A stretch of 32,000 nt of DNA from Acaryochloris thomasi RCC1774 (GTDB taxonomy: Bacteria > Cyanobacteriota > Cyanobacteriia > Thermosynechococcales > Thermosynechococcaceae), in assembly GCF_003231495.1 (NCBI RefSeq), contig NZ_PQWO01000011.1, positions 150,001 through 182,000 on the forward strand, in the 5' to 3' direction. The notes below the pieces were generated by a model. It saw nothing but the letters and a program-made list of their open reading frames with translations. It was not told the origin of the DNA and searched no databases. A program made the position numbers and the translations under genes. This document shows positions 1-8,966 of the stretch, piece after piece; position 1 is the first letter of the stretch; each line of letters starts with the position of its first letter.

Positions 1-1740
1 GAACACTGAGTTGAGGGTTACCCGTGCCGCTGGATTGAGACCAAAGGAGACATTAGAGACCCCCAGAATGATGTGACAGCCCGGAAGATTCTCTCGAATT
101 TTCTGAATCGCCTCAACGGAGGCTTTACCATTCTCACGATCTTCTTCAATTCCAGTGGAAACCGGCAGTGCCAAAGGATCAAAAAAGATCTCATAGGCAG
201 GGATGCCGTATTCAACAGCGGCTCGATAGGCCCGCTGGGCGATCTCGAACTTTTTCTCGGCAGTTCGAGCCATGCCGTCTTCGTCAATGGTGCCGACAAC
301 CACACCTGCACCATATTGCTTGGCGAGTTCTAATACCTTGAAGAAGCGTTCTTCGCCATCTTCGTAGTTGGTGGAGTTGAGGATGCACTTGCCCCCGGCC
401 ACTTTAAGACCCGCCTCCATCTTGGTCCACTCAGTTGAGTCGAGCATCAGCGGGAGCGAGACCGTATTAACCAGGCGAGAGGCCAACTCCTTCATGTCTT
501 TTTCGCCGTCGCGGCCCACGTAGTCTACGTTGACATCGAGGATATGTGCGCCCTCTTTGACTTGCGATCGCGCTAGTCCGACCAACCCATCCCAGTCTTC
601 ATCATTGAGCAGCGTCCGACATTTCTTAGACCCGCTGGCATTCAGCCGTTCACCTACAATCAAGAACGAGTTGTCCTGTTCATAGGACTGGGGACTCATA
701 ATTGAGGCCGCAGACGGTGTATAAGACAATGGTGTATAGGGTGGCAAGTCAAAACGAGACCCAATTTCACGTTGCTTGGGTGTTAGATCCTTAGCCATCT
801 CAGCAAGTTGAGCAATATGGTCTGGACGCGTACCGCAGCAGCCTCCGATAACTTGAACGCCCAAATCTTCAATGAAATGCATCAACGCCATCCGCAACTC
901 CATCGGCGTTAAGCGATAATGAGCCTGACCTCCGACATTCTCCGGCAAACCCGCGTTGGGTATGCAGGACACTACAAAAGGAGACTGCTCAGCAAGATAC
1001 TTGATGTGCTCTTTCATTAAGTCTGGGCCTGTCGCACAGTTGAGACCCAAAATATCAATAGGATAGGGTTCCAAAACAGTCAGCGCAGCCCCAATCTCTG
1101 ACCCAACTAACATCGTGCCAAAGTCTTCCACCGTCACCGAGACCATCAGTGGCAGGCGAGACCCTTTCCTTGAAAAGACTTCTTCGATAGCCGTCAGCGC
1201 AGCCTTAATCTGTAAAACATCCTGGCAAGTTTCAACTAAAAGCAGATCAACCCCACCGTCATACAGCCCTTCTGCTTGTTCGATGTATGCGGCCTGCAGT
1301 GCATCAAAATCGATGTGGCCCAACGTCGGCAGCTTTGTTCCTGGTCCCATCGAACCGGCGACAAACCGGGGCTTCTCCACTGTTGAGAATTCTGCGGCGA
1401 CAGACTTCGCTAACTCTGCTGCTGTTTTGTTCAGTTCGTAGGCGCGATCGCCTAAATCGTACTCGGCCAGAGTCACAGAAGTTGCGCCAAAGGTGTCGGT
1501 CTCAACCACATTGGCACCGGCCTTGAAAAAATTACGATGGACCGTTGCCACCGCCTCTGGCTTTGTCTTTACAAGATACTCATTGCAGCCCTCATACTCA
1601 GCTCCACCAAAGTCCTTGGCAGTCAGATTTTGATCCTGCAGAGAAGTTCCCATCGCCCCGTCAAACACAATTACAGGACGCTCAGGACTGTGGAGATGGT
1701 CTAAAAAGGGGCTACGCATAGGACTGCCATAGGACTGCAT
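1..1740 (-). CDS. metH: Methionine synthase MetH, N-terminal part (homocysteine-binding and pterin-binding modules). The 3' end runs off the left window edge.
   Basis: Absent from the supplied ORF track because it is open to the window edge. My minus-strand translation from the ATG at 1719 (an in-frame upstream ATG is at 1740) reads [32 protein letters not shown]...VETDTFGA...GLNCATGP...[13 protein letters not shown]...[13 protein letters not shown]...[17 protein letters not shown]...[23 protein letters not shown]. There is no stop down to base 1. Confidence 0.9.
   Translation of the reverse strand, partial: MQSYGSPMRSPFLDHLHSPERPVIVFDGAMGTSLQDQNLTAKDFGGAEYEGCNEYLVKTKPEAVATVHRNFFKAGANVVETDTFGATSVTLAEYDLGDRAYELNKTAAELAKSVAAEFSTVEKPRFVAGSMGPGTKLPTLGHIDFDALQAAYIEQAEGLYDGGVDLLLVETCQDVLQIKAALTAIEEVFSRKGSRLPLMVSVTVEDFGTMLVGSEIGAALTVLEPYPIDILGLNCATGPDLMKEHIKYLAEQSPFVVSCIPNAGLPENVGGQAHYRLTPMELRMALMHFIEDLGVQVIGGCCGTRPDHIAQLAEMAKDLTPKQREIGSRFDLPPYTPLSYTPSAASIMSPQSYEQDNSFLIVGERLNASGSKKCRTLLNDEDWDGLVGLARSQVKEGAHILDVNVDYVGRDGEKDMKELASRLVNTVSLPLMLDSTEWTKMEAGLKVAGGKCILNSTNYEDGEERFFKVLELAKQYGAGVVVGTIDEDGMARTAEKKFEIAQRAYRAAVEYGIPAYEIFFDPLALPVSTGIEEDRENGKASVEAIQKIRENLPGCHIILGVSNVSFGLNPAARVTLNSVF
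564..571. repeat. HIP1 (GCGATCGC) highly iterated palindrome; first of 19 perfect copies
   Basis: The copies I located start at 564, 1444, 5661, 6711, 8537, 10859, 11741, 15125, 16846, 17049, 18273, 19023, 19524, 19734, 23193, 25816, 27913, 28877 and 29711. The scan was manual and may be incomplete. Confidence 0.85.
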
Positions 1741-2356
1741 CAGACAAGAAAAAATTAGTAATTTCGCTGCAATCAGGATAATCGCTAGAATTGCTATCCA
1801 TTGTGCCAAGTTTTAGACACGGTGTTCCAGCGTCGTCGCTCAAGAAAGCAGTTTTCAAAGGATCATTGTGCTATTAGCCTCGCAAAGCTTGTCAACCTTG
1901 AAGCAGTCGCTTTACTCTGTAATCGCATAGACTGCCCGATAAAGATAACTAATTGAAGCAATAAAAAAATCTATTGTCTGATGCCTCTACTTGAGCGACC
2001 AGCGACGTTAATATTAGATCTCTGCACTGCTGCAACCTTTCTGTAAATAAGACTGAGCAGTCTATCTCTCCGCCAGAAGAATATATTCTATTACTTTGAA
2101 AACCCGTGCTTGTGGACCAGCACAACTTTGGTCCGGTGGAAAATCAGTATATTTACGGGATCATACCGAGGCGACATCCGGGCACGGTAGGTTAGGGTTT
2201 CGCATCCACATTGATTCAGTACTGCATCTTACAGGTTAGTGCCAGAAAACTTAGGCTTGTCTAAATGTCAGAAGCAAGGTAACTTAACTTAATGATCTCA
2301 TACACATTGTGGGTAATATTAATTCGAGCCTAAGCCGAGTAGGGTAATAGCTTCAG

Positions 2357-2384
2357 AAAAAAAGGCGAGGGTCTTTTATCGCCT
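2357..2384 (-). terminator. Terminator-like hairpin readable only on the minus strand: stem AGGCGA/TCGCCT (6 bp), 10-nt loop, then a 6-7 T run.
   Basis: The plus strand reads aaaaaaAGGCGAgggtcttttaTCGCCT. On the minus strand the hairpin is followed by the T run. It lies 40 nt upstream of the peptidase start codon, with no annotated minus-strand gene to terminate. Confidence 0.3.
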
Positions 2385-2424
2385 AGGTCACGCCAAAACG
2401 CTAAGAGCTTTTAGGAGGTCTTCT

Positions 2425-3657
2425 TTGAAACGGGAAATTCTACCAGGGATTAATGTTCAGCCGTGCTGCACTGGCGACCTTGGGTCTGAGGTAGGCCAGG
2501 TTCGTCAGAGCCGGTCAGACTTCCTACGTGGAACTCGTTCTTCTGCAACGTTTGGCTTAGCATTTGCGCTAGCTGCAACGGGTGCTTTATCTGTGCAGGG
2601 TAAAGCTAACGCAGCATTTCAGCCCCTACAGGGAGCGAGCGTCGTTAACGTTGATCCCCTTGCTAGCTACGGCAGCGAGCCATCCAGTGTGGATGAGCTA
2701 TCGGCACCTACGCAGTTTATAGGTTCCCCTGAACTCGTTGCAGTTGATGATGCCGCGATATCTAAGCCAACGTCTTCACTCAAGAAAGTCAGGAAAAGAG
2801 CTGAGCTGGACATTGATATCTCTCAAACCATTATTCCCAACCACGATCAATCTGCATTAGCTGAAGCCGGTGCTGTGGTCCATAAAATTGGCTCAGGGGA
2901 GACCTTAGCGGAAATTTCTAAGCGCTACGAAGTGGACGCAAAAGATATTCTCAAGGCCAACGGCATCAGTCGATCTGATGATCTTAGTGATCATGATGTT
3001 CTGAAGATCCCAACTCATCAGGATCAGGCCAATACACCCAAGATTAGTCTTAAGCTTGACGAGAATGAGCATATTGAAGACGACTTAGAAGAACTCCTAG
3101 ATGCACCGGCTCTGTTGGCGAAGAGTGCGGGTAAAGAGCAAAGAGAGTCGTCTAGCAACCTACCTGAACTGAGCGTTCCCATTGCTAAGCGGGCGATATT
3201 CCCTAAAGTTCCAGCACTAGATCTGCCGCCGTTGTCATCAGTGGATACCTATTTGCCTGATGAGATGCAGAGTGGGCGGTTCCGCTACGTTATGCCTGCG
3301 AAGGGCAAACTAACCTCTGGTTATGGTCCTCGTTGGGGACGGATGCACCGCGGTATCGATATCGCGGCTCCTGTAGGGACTACTATTGTGGCCTCTGCTC
3401 CTGGCGTGATCAAGACAGCCGGCTGGAACAGCGGTGGCTATGGCAAGCTGGTTGAAGTCCGCCATCCTGACGGCAGCGTCACGCGCTATGCCCACAACAA
3501 TCGAATTACTAGTAAGGTCGGGCAGTTTGTTCGTCAGGGGCAAAAAATTGCTGAGATGGGTAGCACCGGTCGTAGTACTGGACCTCATACACACTTTGAG
3601 ATTCGACCTGCGGGCAAGGGTGCCGTTAATCCCATGAACTTGCTGAATCGCGGCTAG
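2425..3657 (+). CDS. LysM domain-containing M23 family metallopeptidase (peptidoglycan endopeptidase)
   Basis: TTG start preceded by AGGAGG at 2413-2418. LysM segment: HKIGSGETLAEISKRYEVDAKDILKANGI...LKIP. M23 catalytic motifs: HRGIDIAAPVGT and GSTGRSTGPHTHFEIRP. The N-terminal hydrophobic segment is consistent with export. Confidence 0.9.
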   Translation: MKREILPGINVQPCCTGDLGSEVGQVRQSRSDFLRGTRSSATFGLAFALAATGALSVQGKANAAFQPLQGASVVNVDPLASYGSEPSSVDELSAPTQFIGSPELVAVDDAAISKPTSSLKKVRKRAELDIDISQTIIPNHDQSALAEAGAVVHKIGSGETLAEISKRYEVDAKDILKANGISRSDDLSDHDVLKIPTHQDQANTPKISLKLDENEHIEDDLEELLDAPALLAKSAGKEQRESSSNLPELSVPIAKRAIFPKVPALDLPPLSSVDTYLPDEMQSGRFRYVMPAKGKLTSGYGPRWGRMHRGIDIAAPVGTTIVASAPGVIKTAGWNSGGYGKLVEVRHPDGSVTRYAHNNRITSKVGQFVRQGQKIAEMGSTGRSTGPHTHFEIRPAGKGAVNPMNLLNRG

Positions 3658-3696
3658 GCGAGCATTAGCACTGACTTATTAATCTTTGTTATTAAG

Positions 3697-3732
3697 AGAG
3701 AGGAGCCACTCAGTGCATCCTCTCTTTTTTTT
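3697..3732 (+). terminator. Rho-independent terminator downstream of the M23 peptidase gene
   Basis: Stem AGAGAGGA (3697-3704) pairs with TCCTCTCT (3718-3725). Additional CAC/GTG pairing lies inside the loop. Seven T residues follow at 3726-3732. Confidence 0.7.
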
Positions 3733-3779
3733 GAGGTCGTGCTGTGGACCATGCTCTAAGTTGAACGTACCTCAATTCT

Positions 3780-4253
3780 ATGACTCTCGGCGAAACGACT
3801 TTTCATCAACCATCCACTGAAGCTTCTGAGCTACTTTCCTGGAAAGTTAAGCTGCTCTACGATGGTGCCTGTCCGCTCTGTCTGCGGGAAGTCAACTTTC
3901 TCACTCGCCGAGATGCGGGGCGGGGACTCGTGGCTTTTACCGATATTGCCGCTGATGACTACGATCCGGCTGAGAATGGTGGGATTGATTTTGAGACGGC
4001 TATGGGTCGTATTCATGCCATTACTGCTGATGGAACAATCCTGAAAAATGTTGAGGTTTTTCGTTACGTCTATACGGTGCTGGGGATGGGTTGGGTTTAC
4101 GCAGCGACGCAGTGGCCGATTGTTGGTCCGATGGTTGATAAAGTCTACGAAGTCTGGGCAGACTGGCGCTTATCGCTCACGGGGCGTCCCCAGCTGCAAA
4201 CTATTGTTCAAGAGCGGGAGCAGCATCTGCAGCGATGTCGACTCAATGATTAA
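3780..4253 (+). CDS. Thiol-disulfide oxidoreductase DCC family protein (DUF393)
   Basis: N-terminal LLYDGACPLCLREVNFL carries the DxxCxxC signature of the DCC family. The size of 157 aa is typical. Confidence 0.8.
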   Translation: MTLGETTFHQPSTEASELLSWKVKLLYDGACPLCLREVNFLTRRDAGRGLVAFTDIAADDYDPAENGGIDFETAMGRIHAITADGTILKNVEVFRYVYTVLGMGWVYAATQWPIVGPMVDKVYEVWADWRLSLTGRPQLQTIVQEREQHLQRCRLND

Positions 4254-4260
4254 CGCTCAA

Positions 4261-5394
4261 TCAAGAGGCCTGTAGCCAGGTCAATGTCGTACCTGGATAA
4301 AAGTGATTCAGAATCTGCTGATAGTCGAACTGTCGTTGAGCCAAGTCCCTCGCTCCATTCTGGCTCATCCCATAGCCCTTATGGACCTTGCGGACCAGAT
4401 GGATTGTAGAGGCGTATAAAGACTCTACAACAGCGCCTTGATGAGAGATCAGTAGCCCTCTGGTGCTGTCGACTGCGAGATGGGTTCTGTTTGCTTCGGT
4501 CTTCAGTCCTGGGTAGGCCTGCCAGCGGGGAGTGTCACCTAGATCGTAAAAGGGGCTGGCCGGATTGCTAGAAATGCGCGCGAGGGCATAGGACCTGGCT
4601 GCAATCGCTTGTGCTTTTAGGGCTTCCATCGGCCAAGAGGGAGACATCTCAGCACCTACAACGCTGTATAAATAGGTCTCTAGATCCAGGTGATTCACTG
4701 CGACTAAACGCTGTCGGTCCTGAAGAATCTGTACCGAGCCTCGGTACCATCGACCATTGATGGCGATGAAGCCATCTGCATTAGTTTTGATCCAGACATC
4801 GTCGGGTAACTGTAGATTGCCGAAGATAAGGCCCGACGATCCAGGCTGAACCGAAACACCTGTGTTTGCCGATAGTTCTGCTAGCTGCTGCCCTGCTGCA
4901 TCCATGACGAAGGCAGAAGTGGAGGTACTTAACTGGAGCTGTGACGTGCGGCGGGCAATCCCAATTCTCACAGGGATCGCAGGCAGATTCTCTGGGGGAG
5001 TTAGTTGAGCGGATAACGATAGAGATTGTGGCTTCGCAGGCGGAGAAGAGCTGGCTGATGTATGACCGACGACCTCTGCTTGGGGGCGAGTCGGTTCATC
5101 TGTTGGCAGAGCCTGGGTGGACGAAACTGGGCTAGAGTCGGTGGGCGTGACAGTTAAATCCCATGCCAATGTTGGGGGAGCCGTGACCGAAAGGTCTGCC
5201 AGCAGTTCTTGATCAACGGTAGTAATAGGTTCTGGTAAGGGGGCTAAATGCAGCGACGCAGCAGAGCTGAAGAAGAGAGGAACCCCTAGCCAGATGGCGC
5301 GATGAGACCATAGCCATTGTTTGAGTGCAGGCCCTAGGTTACGGGAGTGAAGTGTCTGCATGGGAATAGGGGGACGAACGTGCATCTGGGCCAT
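4261..5394 (-). CDS. SpoIID/LytB domain-containing protein (peptidoglycan remodelling, lytic transglycosylase-like)
   Basis: C-terminal half has EALKAQAIAARSYALA, DTPRWQAYPG and KGYGMSQNGA, which are characteristic of SpoIID/LytB domains. The N-terminal half has a signal/anchor followed by an S/T/P-rich linker. Confidence 0.8.
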   Translation of the reverse strand: MAQMHVRPPIPMQTLHSRNLGPALKQWLWSHRAIWLGVPLFFSSAASLHLAPLPEPITTVDQELLADLSVTAPPTLAWDLTVTPTDSSPVSSTQALPTDEPTRPQAEVVGHTSASSSPPAKPQSLSLSAQLTPPENLPAIPVRIGIARRTSQLQLSTSTSAFVMDAAGQQLAELSANTGVSVQPGSSGLIFGNLQLPDDVWIKTNADGFIAINGRWYRGSVQILQDRQRLVAVNHLDLETYLYSVVGAEMSPSWPMEALKAQAIAARSYALARISSNPASPFYDLGDTPRWQAYPGLKTEANRTHLAVDSTRGLLISHQGAVVESLYASTIHLVRKVHKGYGMSQNGARDLAQRQFDYQQILNHFYPGTTLTWLQAS

Positions 5395-5681
5395 CCTATA
5401 GTCAAACCTCTCTGAAGAAAGAGAAATTTAATGTCTTTGATCAACTTGTATTGCGGTAGACGTACTGATGAGGGCAGCGAAATGGCTGAACGTGACGTTT
5501 GCCGAAGAGCTTTCCTAAATCAGTCAGGTACAGTGATCGGTTAAAGAGCTAGTAGTTTTAGCATTCCCACTTACTGGGGGGATGGGGCATGTCTGCAAAG
5601 CTTCACGCGCGAAAAGTATTTTGTACAAAGATTAAATTCCTGCTCGGATCCGATCTAAGGGCGATCGCAACCCTATAAAGT

Positions 5682-6794
5682 ATGAATCTCACGGAAAATT
5701 TGGGATATACAACGATGGGTGAGCGGAAGCGAATTGGCGTCCTGACCAGCGGGGGAGATTGCGCGGGACTAAACCCTGTGATTCGGTCAGTGGTCCTGCG
5801 GGCAGATACCTATGGCTGGGAAGTGCTGGGCATCCGTCAGGCCACCCACGGGCTAATGTCGGATCCTCCCCAGGCCACGGTTTTAAATCCCAAAGATATG
5901 AACCCGCTGCTGACGGCGGGGGGAACCATGCTGGGCACTACCAATAAAGGCAATCCCTTTGCGTTCCCGATGGCGGACGGCACCCTAGAAGACCGATCGG
6001 AAGAGATTATTCGCGGCTATCACCAGTTAGGGCTAGATGCCATGATTGGGGTGGGAGGCGACGGCAGCATGGCCATTCTGCGCAAGCTGGCGCAGCAGGG
6101 TAACTGGAATTTGGTGGGCATCCCTAAAACCATTGACAACGATGTCGGGGTCACGGAGCGATCTGTTGGCTTCGATACGGCGATGAATATTGCCACTGAG
6201 GCATTGGATCGCCTTCATTTCACAGCGGCCAGCCACAGCCGCGTGATTATTTTAGAGGTGATGGGCCGGGACGCGGGCCACATTGCCATCAGTGCTGGGA
6301 TCGCGGGAGGGGCAAATATTGTTCTGATTCCTGAAATTCCCTATAGCTTGGATAAGGTGTGCGCCAAACTTAAAGAGCGTCAAGAACAGGGCAAGACCTA
6401 TTCTCTGATTGTGGTGGCAGAGGCAGTGAAGTCCGTCGGTGGCGAGGCCATCACCGTGACCGATGGCGGTGGGGAATGCCGTCTAGGAGGTGTCGGCCAG
6501 CATTTATCTGAACAAATCTGTGATCGTCAGGTGGCGGATACGCGGGTCACTGTTTTGGGGCATGTTCAGCGGGGCGGTATTCCATCTCCGCTAGACCGGC
6601 TGATTGGCTCAGCCTTCGGGGTGGCGGCGGTGGATTTGATCGCGGCTGGCGAGTTTGATCGGATTGTGACCTGGCAAAATCGGAAGGTGGTCAGCGTGGC
6701 CATTAAAGATGCGATCGCACATTACCGAGACGTTGATCCCTACGGCACACTAGTTAAGACTGCTAGAGGTTTAGGAATTTATTTAGGTGATTAG
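5682..6794 (+). CDS. pfkA: ATP-dependent 6-phosphofructokinase
   Basis: Motifs GVLTSGGDCAGLN, GGDGS, IPKTIDND and MGRDAGHIA. The true start may be the ATG at 5715 (MGERKRIGVL...). Confidence 0.9.
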   Translation: MNLTENLGYTTMGERKRIGVLTSGGDCAGLNPVIRSVVLRADTYGWEVLGIRQATHGLMSDPPQATVLNPKDMNPLLTAGGTMLGTTNKGNPFAFPMADGTLEDRSEEIIRGYHQLGLDAMIGVGGDGSMAILRKLAQQGNWNLVGIPKTIDNDVGVTERSVGFDTAMNIATEALDRLHFTAASHSRVIILEVMGRDAGHIAISAGIAGGANIVLIPEIPYSLDKVCAKLKERQEQGKTYSLIVVAEAVKSVGGEAITVTDGGGECRLGGVGQHLSEQICDRQVADTRVTVLGHVQRGGIPSPLDRLIGSAFGVAAVDLIAAGEFDRIVTWQNRKVVSVAIKDAIAHYRDVDPYGTLVKTARGLGIYLGD

Positions 6795-6837
6795 TCTTGT
6801 GCCAATCCTCAATTGGATAGCGCCAAGCACGAAGAAG

Positions 6838-6876
6838 ATTGCAGTAAGGGCATTAAAATCTCGGTCCTACTGCAAT
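6838..6876. terminator. Perfect 9-bp stem hairpin between convergent pfkA and the Rpn-like gene (no U-run)
   Basis: ATTGCAGTA (6838-6846) pairs with TACTGCAAT (6868-6876), with a 21-nt loop. It sits between two stop codons, so a bidirectional 3'-end or stability element is plausible. Confidence 0.35.
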
Positions 6877-6894
6877 AATCGTTACCCAACGGGA

Positions 6895-7746
6895 CTAATG
6901 GTGCAATTTCAACCAGTCTTCCAGATCAGACAGACTAGAAAAATCTAATAATGCCTCCCCCAGTTCTTCCAGTTGATTGAGAGATAGCCTGCGGATTTGA
7001 GCTTCTGCTGACGGGGCAATTGTACTCAATCGACGGATCAGCTGACGCAGAATCAAGCTCAGTTCGCCCTTTACCTGGCCTCTGGCTTCTCCTCTGGCCT
7101 CGCCTCTGGCCTCAGCTTCAGCCTCAATTTCCTGATAGATCACAGATTCCCGCATAACGTCTCTCCGTAGTACCTGTTTGATCACCTCTTTGTCCAATAA
7201 TAGCCCAGCCAAAATCGCACTGGCTGCTGCCACATTGCTTTGCGTTCGTCGCTCCTCAATCTCATCGACTCTGAGAGCAACCGCTCGCAAAACCTTCACT
7301 TTGTCCTGTGTCTGACTCAAAGCTGCAAACGGTAATAAACCTGGCGAAGACAAAAATATCTCAGTTGGCTGCTCCCATAATCTGACGACCTCAAACTCGC
7401 TGCGCAAACCCGGTATCTCAAAACAGGTCTGGTAGACTCTTTGTGACCTCGTCGGTCTCAAATACACCACAATTTGCCGGATTTGTTTGTGGGGGTAGCG
7501 CTTGAATCCTCGGAGCCGGTAGTCAGCCATCCTAAATCCCATTTCCGGGTCAGGATCCGTTTGAAACTCTATGTGTATTAATAAGTCTTTCGACTCTAAG
7601 AAAATCACAGCATCTGCACGAATGGGTTCGGCAAACAGTTCCGAAGGCTCCAGTTTGGTCAACGCAACTGGAGTGCCCAATAACCATGTCGTAATGTCGA
7701 TACTGAAGTGTTCAGCAAGAAATTTGCAGGTGTTGTCAAAGGACAT
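6895..7746 (-). CDS. Rpn family recombination-promoting nuclease/putative transposase (PD-(D/E)XK-like N-terminal part) with a C-terminal DUF4351 domain
   Basis: The N-terminus is the pattern typical of the multi-copy cyanobacterial Rpn/YhgA-like family: FDNTCKFLAEHF...ADAVIFLE...LIHIEFQTDPDPEMGFRMADYRLR. The C-terminus is DUF4351-like: MRESVIYQEIEAE...LSLNQLEELGEALLDFSSLSDLEDWL. Confidence 0.75.
   Translation of the reverse strand: MSFDNTCKFLAEHFSIDITTWLLGTPVALTKLEPSELFAEPIRADAVIFLESKDLLIHIEFQTDPDPEMGFRMADYRLRGFKRYPHKQIRQIVVYLRPTRSQRVYQTCFEIPGLRSEFEVVRLWEQPTEIFLSSPGLLPFAALSQTQDKVKVLRAVALRVDEIEERRTQSNVAAASAILAGLLLDKEVIKQVLRRDVMRESVIYQEIEAEAEARGEARGEARGQVKGELSLILRQLIRRLSTIAPSAEAQIRRLSLNQLEELGEALLDFSSLSDLEDWLKLHH
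7078..7113 (-). repeat. 12-bp tandem repeat x3 inside the Rpn-like gene, encoding (EARG)x3
   Basis: Minus strand reads gaggccagaggc / gaggccagagga / gaagccagaggc. It is preceded by a related gaggctgaagct unit (7114-7125). Confidence 0.8.
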
Positions 7747-7759
7747 AGGCCTAGATAGC

Positions 7760-8680
7760 TCAGTGGCCTAAGATCTGATCGTCTAAAGAGAAATCGATAT
7801 TTTTCTGATCACGACCAGAGGCTAGATAGCCCTTCTGGAATGAATCTTTGAGGCCAGAGACCAAATCAAACTGAGGTTGCCAATCTAGATCTGACATGGC
7901 TTTGTGGATGTCTGCAAAGAAGTGCTGAGGTCGAAGAGGGAATGCCTTCTGCTTGCCAAAATCGAACGCTTTAGGGTCATAATGCGCCAATTTGGGAACT
8001 GGCTTACCCGCCGCCTCAGCACAGGCGCGGGCAAGACCATCGAAGGTCACATAGCGCGCGCCGCTAACGTTGTATATTTGGCCGATCGCTTTGGAATTGC
8101 CCAGTACCGCCGCCATTGCTTGCGCTAAATCCGCGACATGACCAAACTGCGTGAAGTGGGCACCCGAACCAGGAATTGGGATGGGACGATCTCTAACGAT
8201 GCGATCGAAAAACCAGGCTTCTAGATCGTTATAGTTACGCGGACCATAGATATAGGTAGGGCGGATGGCCGTGAAGGGAATACCTTGCTTGGCCAGATAG
8301 GCCTCCGTCTCAGCCTTGCCGCTGTGGCGACTGTTTGGGTCAGTGGCATCGATTTCTAAATGAGGCATCTGATCGCCTTTTAGATAAACTCCAGCTGAAC
8401 TCATGTATACAAAATGTTGAACCTTGCCCTTGAACATGTCTGCAAGGGGCTGGGTATCGCTCAGTTCGCGGCCATTATTATCAAAAATTACATCAAAGGA
8501 TTCTGAGGCCAGTTGCTGCAGCTGTGTTGGATCTTTGCGATCGCCGTTAATTTGCTGCACGTCAGAAGGCGCTGGCTTATTACCGCGATTAAACAGCACG
8601 ACCTCATGTCCCTGCTGGAGCAGAACCTGGGTTAAATCAACGCCAATAAATCGAGTGCCGCCCATTATCAGTACTCGCAT
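7760..8680 (-). CDS. NAD-dependent epimerase/dehydratase family protein, CSP41-like (chloroplast stem-loop-binding protein homologue)
   Basis: Rossmann N-terminus MRVLIMGGTRFIG. The blocks FDNNGRE, EAWFFDRIVRDRPIPIPGSG, HYDPKAFDFGKQKAFPLRPQHFFA and GRDQKNIDFSLDDQIL match the plant CSP41a/b pattern as I remember it. Confidence 0.85.
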   Translation of the reverse strand: MRVLIMGGTRFIGVDLTQVLLQQGHEVVLFNRGNKPAPSDVQQINGDRKDPTQLQQLASESFDVIFDNNGRELSDTQPLADMFKGKVQHFVYMSSAGVYLKGDQMPHLEIDATDPNSRHSGKAETEAYLAKQGIPFTAIRPTYIYGPRNYNDLEAWFFDRIVRDRPIPIPGSGAHFTQFGHVADLAQAMAAVLGNSKAIGQIYNVSGARYVTFDGLARACAEAAGKPVPKLAHYDPKAFDFGKQKAFPLRPQHFFADIHKAMSDLDWQPQFDLVSGLKDSFQKGYLASGRDQKNIDFSLDDQILGH

Positions 8681-8966
8681 GCTTTTTATCCCTTATGTTG
8701 TGTAATGGCCGTTCTACAAACTTAGCGGATGACGTTCCCCTGATTCCAGTCTCTGGGGGCTAGGTTATGAATTCTACGAGGACACGAATTCTCTGCGCTG
8801 AGATGAAAAACAGTCTGTAAAAGCGGCGATAAGGCGCTCAGGTGCAGAATTGTAAGGATTGGTGAGTTCGGATGCCAATTTAGGCTGATTTTTGCAATAA
8901 TGGCATCTGTTTGATTTCGACTTGACGATCAAATCAATAATTTATTTCGGTTGTGAGTTCACCCTA

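Noticed and set aside
18-1526. Track ORFs 18-314(-), 73-333(+), 1115-1441(+) and 1287-1526(+) considered as possible genes
   Set aside because: All lie inside the metH coding region in other frames or on the other strand. metH reads open with strong family motifs, so these are shadow ORFs.
1741-1980. Cobalamin or SAH riboswitch in the metH leader
   Set aside because: I could not find a B12-box-like core or SAH-riboswitch conserved segments on the minus strand, and metH is not the usual target of B12 riboswitches.
2100-2424. c-di-AMP (ydaO-type) riboswitch upstream of the cell-wall hydrolase gene
   Set aside because: The association with cell-wall hydrolase genes made it worth a look. However, the conserved GGGGACCCA, GGGGUGAAUC and CCGAA-type segments I remember are absent.
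5484-5497. Exact 14-nt match GGCTGAACGTGACG shared between the SpoIID/pfkA spacer (5484-5497) and the RHH leader (31800-31813)
   Set aside because: For a 32-kb window on both strands, a few exact 14-mer coincidences are expected by chance. The flanks do not extend the similarity.
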